Source of the DNA: a virus
Lineage: Duplodnaviria > Caudoviricetes
Length of the DNA stretch: 64,000 bases
Strand: one strand, 5' to 3'
Virus record (IMG/VR): IMGVR_UViG_3300037453_000171
Span: 1-64,000 of that record
A program made the position numbers and the translations under genes. The notes beneath the pieces were generated by a model. It worked only from the letters and a program-made list of their open reading frames with translations. It had not been told where the DNA came from and did not search any database. Each line of letters opens with the position of its first letter. Position 1 is the stretch's first letter. Shown here piece after piece: positions 58,401-64,000 of the stretch.

Positions 58401-60380
58401 CCAACCTATAGCCCTTCTGTCTGCTCCATATCCGAGAGACATCCCTTCATATCTCAGGAATTCGTTCTCAAGGCGTTCCTGATAGCTGCCGGGACCAGGA
58501 CCTTCTTCCAGATGATCGGCATTCGTCAGAAGATCAAATATCTGATGAAGAAGATTGACATTGTTATAAGCCGACATCGACTTGCCGTCCATATTCGTAC
58601 GGGGTTCGACCTCGTTGTATTTTGCAAGAGCGATGCAGTTGTCTATATGACGGTATTCATCAGCGCAGGTGTTGTAGAAATACTGTCCCGTTTTCGGACC
58701 TGTTCCTTTCCAGATTTCTTCTGCCCTTTCATATGCGGCGTCCATCCAGGCAACAAGACGGTACAGTTTATTGCGCCCCTTCGTAGCTTTCCAGTCCTTC
58801 CATCCTGCAACATATCCGAAACTCTTCGGGTCCATCTGCTGAAGGGAGATAGTTTCAACTTCGTCAGGTGTGATGGAATATCCAAGTCCACGAAGATAAT
58901 CCGATACCTGCTTTGGAACATCCGGATTCAAGCGGAAGAATTCCTTCATCGCATCGACGGGTTCGAGCTTCTCATATTCCTGCGTGACATTCTTGGGCTT
59001 CTTATCGCCCTTGACCATGCGGATATTCTGCGTGCCATTGATGATTCTGTCTTTCAGCTCCGTAAATTTCTTATGAATTTCCCGGATCTTATCAGCATCT
59101 CTCAAGCTTCCATATCCGACATAGATGCTCGTATCTTCATCAAGGACATAACCGGCGGAGACATTGCTTCCCGCGTCACGCATCAGGGCATGACCCTGAG
59201 AACGGGAATTGGCGATATGCGGAGTGTAAGAATTCCCCTCGATATTCGTATAGATAAACAGAGTAGCGGCTTTCTTGAAGTTGCAATACACCGTAGTCTG
59301 CTTATCCGGATTCTTTTCCAGCTCATTGATGACACCTTTCATCCATGGATTGTTGTCGGAAGCAGCACGGAGATCATCCATCATCGTCGCCGGATTGGAA
59401 TTGATGAGAGCTGTTGTTAAACCAATGGCGGCTTGTCTGCTGTCAAGATATCTTGTCCGCCCAAGATCATCCTTTACGACATTCCCGGTAGCGTCAGTTT
59501 TTGCAATCCTGCTGATCAGCCTTCTCGCACGAGGACCAAGCGTTTCCATCATCTTGACAATTCGGAAATCAGCGTAACGCTCTCCCTTGGAGGACTCGTC
59601 TGCATCTGTTCCATCTTCGTTCCGGACATCTTCCATCGGAGAATTCAAATCCTTCACATCCTCGAAACTGATTTCGAAGTCACGGACATTGACAATGAAC
59701 CCTTCTCCTTCACCGATAGACGAAGCGGCAAGGGCAGCGAGTCTTTCCTTGTTGGCAAGAACAGTGTTGTATTCTTGGGAAAGATACTCAGACTTTCTTC
59801 TCGCTTCAGCCAGTTCTTCTTCCGTAGCATCAGGATACTTCGCCTTGTAGCGATTCATCATATCTTCAACATTGCCATACAGTCTCTTGAGCTTATTGAA
59901 GACTGTATTCATGATGACAACATATCCGTTATCCTTTCCGTCTCCCTGCGCTTTCAGTAGTTCTTGACGGGAACGTCCGGTTTTATCAGCAGCAACAATC
60001 TTATCCAGCTCCTTCCTGAACTCATCATTCAGCATTCCGATACGGTCAGCAAGAACCTCCGGAGTATAGGTTGAATACAATGTACTGTACAGACGAGATA
60101 TATCATCACGCTGCATCGATGCGGATGTCTGAGAAAGTTTGACGCGCTTCAGCTCATGATTCATGAACCGCGTGAACACGCCTTTTCCCGCAGAATCTTC
60201 CGGGAACCAGTCGAACGGATATTTATCGCTGTGTGTTTCTCGGAACAGCTGCAACGCTATGGCAAGATGATGGTCGTTGTAATGCCGTGGTGCATAGTAT
60301 TCCTTCATCCTCTGGAATTCAGGAAGCGCTTTCAGCACCTTCATGTTAGGACAGAATCTCATACTCTTGTTATTAAACAC
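49410..60380 (-). CDS. Giant virion RNA polymerase polyprotein (two-barrel RNAP) with zincin-like domain
   Basis: 3656 aa; STDGQG, SRTPS and GQDFDGDK catalytic motif; LPEEFAH zincin-like motif; TATATTTG at 60382-60389. Confidence 0.85.
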   Translation of the reverse strand: MFNNKSMRFCPNMKVLKALPEFQRMKEYYAPRHYNDHHLAIALQLFRETHSDKYPFDWFPEDSAGKGVFTRFMNHELKRVKLSQTSASMQRDDISRLYSTLYSTYTPEVLADRIGMLNDEFRKELDKIVAADKTGRSRQELLKAQGDGKDNGYVVIMNTVFNKLKRLYGNVEDMMNRYKAKYPDATEEELAEARRKSEYLSQEYNTVLANKERLAALAASSIGEGEGFIVNVRDFEISFEDVKDLNSPMEDVRNEDGTDADESSKGERYADFRIVKMMETLGPRARRLISRIAKTDATGNVVKDDLGRTRYLDSRQAAIGLTTALINSNPATMMDDLRAASDNNPWMKGVINELEKNPDKQTTVYCNFKKAATLFIYTNIEGNSYTPHIANSRSQGHALMRDAGSNVSAGYVLDEDTSIYVGYGSLRDADKIREIHKKFTELKDRIINGTQNIRMVKGDKKPKNVTQEYEKLEPVDAMKEFFRLNPDVPKQVSDYLRGLGYSITPDEVETISLQQMDPKSFGYVAGWKDWKATKGRNKLYRLVAWMDAAYERAEEIWKGTGPKTGQYFYNTCADEYRHIDNCIALAKYNEVEPRTNMDGKSMSAYNNVNLLHQIFDLLTNADHLEEGPGPGSYQERLENEFLRYEGMSLGYGADRRAIGWLKWLASGKYRQTDIREAMRVTDMPTFNHVEYAKLTRPQKLTNSLVQFFKASRMFSQGTEPFCAVEFPIQSDYSTAYNFCYCPKLSIDTFTDETKPVEEWNEPVSLVDSDLVEAIADEVLAETERIAAIEERVKNDKDGKNRPVLSVYERQGMKFQIFPEFNDNGFRQAYKERTNPNDARQFVKEQVAAQLEKIRQKDIETVEKEGILTNRYLRDLGVYSKDGKVSSLKESSRKKLDEWFYNTFYARLQMVKLWDGGLQNFDGLIDFEKRNMLLHATRTSLYTNATWNGKPVGKESENVMYVGDEVSESAFLKSILGMLKDLLDKELITPVQYRGMKKAYSKIKSTDGQGFRTLESYRDVMIMSDQWDDRHESAYQRIIAGKPLKGDIDVFMQNIKPVATGFEHIDAAEGKLQKPVKLTFLHKYSEAVLLPVALSKYCLSAQSVPLRAFDAAQAELKKQGKPVDLFLFHSGAKVGAHSLVKPLMRWSDFKDDEERKAHGWKGQKLNEHILKDEKSITDYLVSSVKANKWSIHTIPYKYYGIAAATPPHGVDDKIARASQKEKTVWANIQPGDMIEVNGVPMLATEARDLYYKLKSANIVEAYKKIREVFTDTDQLERIFKEELANKSYQPQELKFALTHLADGTFALPMFSPNVAHQVQELLASIIKKRMTKIKTKGANILVTTAVGMEADVDPYMGGFPESYKLGVEFQGEGKNQRLKWFDAGLPLPEALREFANADGEITPEMLWGYEDKDGNHIKGLVENGIIPMEALLFDASRTPSDAEHSTVPCRVKWFSSRLEGSNMKVAKEAMVTTGQDFDGDKLRADFPEYDVVWDEDKLNEEYDRLLGLGTDAGAANLAIGNIKDKDVNAALNGFKKWREAVINGDIPGGSKFRKVRVVSYDSSKSPLENSARARHNMMIALTRGQLTSVEGSRRVLIPGGCEESKIYAKTLHLVRLAKDPTLKKKICDTMVLDTKYGGLGLENEKAAKAFGSVVGMYEVLTDLYDDDLTVLVRAVSNADTPYTLTHSLDAYDYLMGGAEMIGIYALYNSAQQMLQRLDMEYVPSENAEGYRTVINLFGKPIKELFSVENREGTFASLGLARLLNAAVDNGKDPILGYLNQTKEMAEMTSFLFAAGIDEEQVHLIMNQPVVIELINRLKGRDSEGLRKEAEKLVEELQSQFNDKRVSFSDAIEKAGAMKEEDYIGTLQMSLEEIKNSQDIPLINQQTGILYILSHLSSGAKTLADFIRLTRPESDSGSIGSSISDIILKHIALEDFREKLAKNPDSSIHISGMRDVLKKRDVHEGWDPKFIMEQLGDKLTEVVALNSLMMDSSLDMFKEYFPQARADWIGTARKIFKMYHVNSKDAKRSIIEHITQEMILWKLLDNEKFIQGDPQEEQKRIIVDVPHDLRMLKKRIENAKQNPGKDPAAEALIDNAFLDKFTTTSPEETKDRPRILFSLNGPAVEGMADSIRAYWGEMLQSSDESVRKLAVDLFKYNMYTSGFGYGMYEFAHFAPFSVLMETPGYIDALREVQRSTWTSDSVEEENFINQYILNHWGDSKFLLNVTDKTFPIGVDSITRELNPQLYDRIKDERYIILNAGDPDHRTQILYRLDKDRNGAIHPVVAEKLGVRLQGNQVTLQYNPRLNFWEVHPIVAGNDSAWGVRDDVEENHFAESNYEAGLENSTYTHGYVNSIGAVRNGEVDKTKIGTGFAASLGLIPTQQEANSMEELEQKAEAASQQNGQMDETPPPLTAEDEILANYTPMMGLGFAGVDMAALEKAKVGANPEAETTVKKGNYLSIARRQPDGKIKTERVPATPANIREARKQRVYSRLNARLREILREKGVAVGALNELEARMSLAGVTDFDTAMVTAEGLKEMIRIAEGYLGESALPEEFAHFGIEMIGHDNPLVKRLLDVLNNNDDALREAFEGQYDDYVKSYGNDREKLVTEAAGKLVAKQMFRQEEIRTSPVRRILQRVVDAIKSFLRRFRRDEIQNAIFEANDIASKIGRELLGGKILDDKTLQDINRNGQLYAKAEKVKKNLDGKEDVLHRILKNELKRLDILQRRIGYDKEKMRESKSIAAVELQIKKLENSIKNYKTEDAIITYMNDSLDFLTKTQEKLTSDIDSGKYKANEICRKLNMVRDTLYGFSAVLDDVSKAIAEGEVKDSVGLSQAINETAGVLRRFFEYYNMQAMHYFKEMLSNVYGEHGVTIDIGKEKGRVITIDEMAHRADRDISLASRWFHAIADCNDYALNAIDDLTRSAKYKARSRTLSIKPRIEKAVAELIKETGSNDQSWMFEWKRYDGGKWCDGRQDDGKLHKSGEYITEDKAKELGGAKYRFYQTMMEIKKDADGYLPDSLTGERKIVMLRKYTWDRVKESEGIKQKTMEVWEGVRNSILDTSSSIDYDNYEIRVDFEGNQVDMLPVNYLAKGKNESFDDMIDDVAASILAYAGMAYEYGELNNVIGILENAKFMSSQREVGQHAGKKTKRETIETENAIFHNPFTKKQAETNIAAALEDFFQMHIYGHIQANEGTIGNTKISKRKAVDTLNAITSYSQMAVNIPQRIANISVGLTQILFETVGAKTFSIADTKWALGLYMKESGDRLAETGKTDYDNKLSLWLDKFDVHQDNGRKYKNLSYKRSRLSKIFNSSLLYAGLTMGEDLLASTTALSVARNFKMRGPYGEDANLWDAYEVKYTDPARKTGAYLQLKDGYTKADGSALTQDDEIKFAKAVAGLNFELQGIYNLDDRSAVQQYALGALLIMYRKWIAPSLKRRYAGVHYNALKGRHEEGYHATMFRLLHDIVVSTKEQVSEEESAKSMLNIVDDLKALRTSISLNWNKMNDYEKSNVHRSMIELATVVGLYLACALLGKIPPPEYEGDDRGKVLKWWDQTVMSQMLRLRTEIGAMAPTPMLVDEAMHILKSPFAAIEPLTNTINAFQLLVPSNYMQTVKSGRYRGHKKAYKYFRELPIISMAKKVDNFLDPQPLINYYKNDAQY

Positions 60381-60481
60381 ACAAATATATGTAAAAGGAA
60401 AGCCGGTTTGTTGAAGATAAATGAACCGCTTATATAGAAGAAATGCTTATATTTGCCACAACCAATAAATTCCAAATTATC

Positions 60482-60688
60482 ATGGGAAACAAAAACTTAG
60501 AAAATCCGCCTACTGGCGGTATCATCCTTACAATGATTCTATTGGCAATATTTGCCATTGTGGTCATTGTCGGACTGATCAAGGGATTCGCTGCATTTAT
60601 CGAAGACGGTGGATGGATCTGGCTGCTTGTTGTCGGAGGACTTGCGCTTTTTGTCTTCCTTTTATCAAGAGCGAACAGGAATCATTGA
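60482..60688 (+). CDS. Small two-TM membrane protein (moron)
   Basis: Two hydrophobic helices; own TATATTTG (60448-60455) and downstream hairpin (60692-60720); antisense to its neighbours. Confidence 0.65.
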   Translation: MGNKNLENPPTGGIILTMILLAIFAIVVIVGLIKGFAAFIEDGGWIWLLVVGGLALFVFLLSRANRNH

Positions 60689-60723
60689 AAGAAAACCGCC
60701 CAGGTAATCTGAGCGGTTTCTTG

Positions 60724-63700
60724 TTAACTGTCTGCACAGGCTATTGCGTATTCTTGGACTTCCGGCTCTGCAGCATCAAACTCTTCTTGCGTCCAACCAT
60801 TCGCTGCAAGTTTTTCACTTACTTCTTTTGGTAGCGTATCAAAATGATATCTACCATCAGAACCTTTCTGGATAGCCGGTTGGTTTTCTTCGGCACTTTC
60901 TCCTTCTTTCTTTTCTTCCTTCACCTCGCGCCTGCCGGTTTCTTTTGCGCCGATCTTCGCATCGGTTCTCATCCAGGACTCGTCTTCTTCCGATATTTCC
61001 GCCTCACTTAAAGAAGATTGTGATGCAAGGTATTCTTTCAGTCTATTTATGCTCGGATCTGTCTCCTCGTATTTCGAACCGATCAACGAAGCGTTCAAAT
61101 AATATATTCCGTATTTGTCAATCAGCAACTTCTCGAAACGATCTTCCCGTTCATCTACGGTTCCGTTCTCGTCGTGTTCAAATGCATTAAGATCGTCGAC
61201 AAAAGATTTCGGAAGATATGTATTTACCGCTCTTTGAAGCTGTTCTTCATTTACTTGATCCGGATCAACGACATAATATGCGTCGCGCTTCTCGTCATAT
61301 AGGCGCAATACAGGATAGACATTTCCCTTCGTATTGACGGCAAAGGTAAACATGAATTTATTACCCTTGTGTTCAAATCGTACTACAGGAAATTTATCCT
61401 GATTAAAATAACCAACTTCCGTTACTCCGGAAGGGAAATTCTTGAAAGTATGCCAAGCGGCTGTAACGAGATCCTGTTCACCTCCTTGCGAGACTTTTGG
61501 AGGTTTGTTTTCGGCTTCGTTCTTTTCAAGTTCACGCTGGACTTTCCTTTGCTCCTCTGTCATCGGATGGAAAGTCTTGGTTGCGCCATCCCACGGATCG
61601 ATATAGAAATCAACGCCCTTTGCGCGAAGCATCTTCGCATTGGTGGTAAGGATATTATCATCAATCAGTCCTTGAATATCAGCCCCGGGACCGACATGGA
61701 ATGAAACGCCCATTGCAGCAATCTTCGATAGAAGCCAGTCATCGGTTAACTGCGAAGCCTGACCGACACTTGCAAGCGTACGGAACTGGACATCCTTGTT
61801 GATACGGTTGCCGTCCTCATCACGCTCCCAGGTAACGACCATCAAAGCCGGGCCGATGTTGTTGAAGTTGCCGAGTTCCATATAAACATCGGAAACATCA
61901 AGAACCTTCGTAAGCTTCGCAAGCTTGTCGTGCAGTTTCTGGTTCTCCTCTTTGTAATCAGTAGTTGCTTTGTTAGCATTGTTTGCCTGACTTACGATGG
62001 AGCTGATGATACTCCGAGCCTTCACGAACATAGGCGAAGGATTCCCCTTCGTTTCTTCCGTGAAATGCTGGACATACAGGCGAATTGGAATATATCCATC
62101 ATCTCCGTTTTTGGCAAGATAATAGACAGAGCCTTTTCTCTTGGAACGGAAAGATGCAGGGAAAGAATCTGGAGGAAGCTTTTGCACCGCATCAGCTTTT
62201 CCTTTGACTATTTCCAGATCGCCGTTCTTGTTGATGAACATGATGGGCGCATTCGAATCGTAAGCTTGGATATCTTTCAATCCCTTGTCGTTTGCAAACG
62301 GATCAGATAACGAATAATCATATTCAATCTGCCCGGCTCTTTTTGCCCAGACCTTAGACTTCTTGCTGAACACGAACAAGTCATTCGGCGTCTTGTTTAC
62401 ATGCTTATTGTATTCAGCCATGATGGCCTCGCGGAGTTTTCCAAGACCGAGATACTTTGCTGTCTGGCGCGAAAGAATATTCAGAACAAGCGGCTCACCA
62501 TTCTTAACGGTCCGCATCAATATCTGCGGTTCATCTTTGTATTTCGGGAAGTTGCTGTCAATGACAAATTCAATCTCGTCACCGACAGTCAATAATGTAG
62601 CAGTGTTCGAAAAACCATGTGCGTTATAAAGCGCCGTCCAGATTGCCTGAGATTCCGGATCGTGCTTGAACTTCCGATCTTGTTCACTCAAATCTTCATC
62701 TTTAGTATTCTGAAGATATGTAAGAAAGTCAGACAAATCGGCATCTTCGCGGCTTATCGAACCATCTCTTACTCCGTTAGCCTGTCCGGTAGATATCTCC
62801 GGATCGCTTCCACGATAATATGCTATCAACTCATTGCCGCCTTCTTCAACAAGCTGTCCGGGAATGGATTCTTCCTTCGCGGCTTCTTCCGCATCATCGC
62901 CTATATCTTCCTTGCTTGCCGGTTCAGCCATCGGAGTGACACCATCCTGTTCGGCTTGAGGGATTGGGTCTTCTGGAGGATCAACAGGAGTAACTTTTTC
63001 TTGCTTTTCTTCTGGCTGCTCCATCATCCAGTCGGGAAGCGTAGTGGGAGCAGGAGCCGCACTTGCTGCCTGCGACGCATCCTGACCAGTAGGTTTTTCT
63101 TCCGTTTCCTGCGAAACCGTAACTGGTTCTTCTGCTATATTATTTCTTGAAGCAGTGGCAGAATCTGCTCCACGGTAATTCTTCATCGACTCGCGTATAA
63201 TGCGCTTCAATTCGGAATAGATTCCATCCGGCATCGGATAGATGCCCTGACTCTGCAACCTGAATTCATCCAGCGGAGGGAATACGCGGTCTGGAAGAGT
63301 CTGGAATTCCGCTTCCGAACTTGCTCGATGGAATATGTCGGTAATCATACTTCCGACAGAAGTCATGCGTATTGCCGGATTACTAGTAGAGATACCGTTG
63401 CTCATGACATAATCGAAGAACGAATCGTATCTTCGTTTCAAGTCCATGAATTTCTTGACAGCTGGATTCTTTCCTTCCGCCGCTTCGAGAGTATTGTAGA
63501 AATCTACCTGATCCTTCGCGTTTTTTCTGAGGTATTCATCACGAACAGCCTCCATCGTGGTAAATCCTTCGGTTTCTGCGTCAACTGCAGCCTCTTCGGC
63601 TTTCTCATTTATCTGTTCCTGGGTAACAGCTTGCTTCGTGTATTCCTGCTGTCCGGTTTCACCTTGCAGGTTGATAAGCTTCTGGTAGAAAACAGCACGA

Positions 63701-64000
63701 CTGTTGGCAAGCTTCCGCATATCCTGAATTTTACCGACAAGTTCCTGGTCTTGAAAAGTATCCGCATAGCTTTCCATGAAGTCAAGAATCTGGTCGGTTT
63801 GATCTTTTAGGACTTTAGGAATCTTGACAGGAAGACCTATCATACTGAACAGGCGTTCATACGAATGCTTGATCTGTTCAAATCGTTTCGCCTGCTCCTC
63901 TTTATCGGTAATGGCTTTTCCTTCTTCATTGAAGAAAGACTGGACTTCGATGATGGGTTCAATCGCGTCCATGGTTTCACCGAACATGGTCAAGAATCGC
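60724..64000 (-). CDS. Large virion cargo/ejection-type protein (5'-truncated)
   Basis: More than 1089 aa, open to the window end, adjacent to the RNAP gene. Confidence 0.65.
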   Translation of the reverse strand, partial: RFLTMFGETMDAIEPIIEVQSFFNEEGKAITDKEEQAKRFEQIKHSYERLFSMIGLPVKIPKVLKDQTDQILDFMESYADTFQDQELVGKIQDMRKLANSRAVFYQKLINLQGETGQQEYTKQAVTQEQINEKAEEAAVDAETEGFTTMEAVRDEYLRKNAKDQVDFYNTLEAAEGKNPAVKKFMDLKRRYDSFFDYVMSNGISTSNPAIRMTSVGSMITDIFHRASSEAEFQTLPDRVFPPLDEFRLQSQGIYPMPDGIYSELKRIIRESMKNYRGADSATASRNNIAEEPVTVSQETEEKPTGQDASQAASAAPAPTTLPDWMMEQPEEKQEKVTPVDPPEDPIPQAEQDGVTPMAEPASKEDIGDDAEEAAKEESIPGQLVEEGGNELIAYYRGSDPEISTGQANGVRDGSISREDADLSDFLTYLQNTKDEDLSEQDRKFKHDPESQAIWTALYNAHGFSNTATLLTVGDEIEFVIDSNFPKYKDEPQILMRTVKNGEPLVLNILSRQTAKYLGLGKLREAIMAEYNKHVNKTPNDLFVFSKKSKVWAKRAGQIEYDYSLSDPFANDKGLKDIQAYDSNAPIMFINKNGDLEIVKGKADAVQKLPPDSFPASFRSKRKGSVYYLAKNGDDGYIPIRLYVQHFTEETKGNPSPMFVKARSIISSIVSQANNANKATTDYKEENQKLHDKLAKLTKVLDVSDVYMELGNFNNIGPALMVVTWERDEDGNRINKDVQFRTLASVGQASQLTDDWLLSKIAAMGVSFHVGPGADIQGLIDDNILTTNAKMLRAKGVDFYIDPWDGATKTFHPMTEEQRKVQRELEKNEAENKPPKVSQGGEQDLVTAAWHTFKNFPSGVTEVGYFNQDKFPVVRFEHKGNKFMFTFAVNTKGNVYPVLRLYDEKRDAYYVVDPDQVNEEQLQRAVNTYLPKSFVDDLNAFEHDENGTVDEREDRFEKLLIDKYGIYYLNASLIGSKYEETDPSINRLKEYLASQSSLSEAEISEEDESWMRTDAKIGAKETGRREVKEEKKEGESAEENQPAIQKGSDGRYHFDTLPKEVSEKLAANGWTQEEFDAAEPEVQEYAIACADS

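Noticed and set aside
1-64000. Stop-codon reassignment (TAG/TGA) as in some crAss-like phages
   Set aside because: Terminase, portal and RNAP are uninterrupted in the standard code, and TAG acts as a stop before a terminator at 22855.

Overview
This window is about 64 kb of a crAss-like (Crassvirales-type) phage genome, probably infecting Bacteroidota (TAnnTTTG promoters, tRNA-Ala attP), and it reads in the standard genetic code. It has three blocks. (1) Minus strand, 1-22 kb: tail fibres, holin-like gene, portal, terminase, GroES- and HU-like genes, a six-gene accessory module and a 1264-aa zincin/lysozyme polyprotein. (2) Plus strand, 22.3-49.3 kb: the complete early/replication arm, with intein-containing DnaB, AAA ATPase, SF2 helicase, primase, vWA/MoxR, nuclease and dUTPase, but no recognisable DNA polymerase. 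(3) Minus strand, 49.4-64 kb: giant virion RNA polymerase and a second large cargo-type protein. The most striking region is a 2.2-kb RNA island at the start of the early arm (23.46-25.65 kb). A twister ribozyme and a hammerhead ribozyme bracket a structured RNA plus two ORFs, predicting a 948-nt fragment with 5'-OH and 2',3'-cyclic phosphate ends that could be circularised. Next comes a tRNA-Ile2(CAU) split by a group I intron that carries a tRNA-shaped domain in P5, then a CCA-ending tRNA mimic with no anticodon loop. A second group I intron splits the MoxR gene. A tyrosine integrase next to a tRNA-Ala(UGC) attP core with arm repeats suggests a temperate lifestyle. All calls were made by eye from motifs and base-pairing; no database searches were run.
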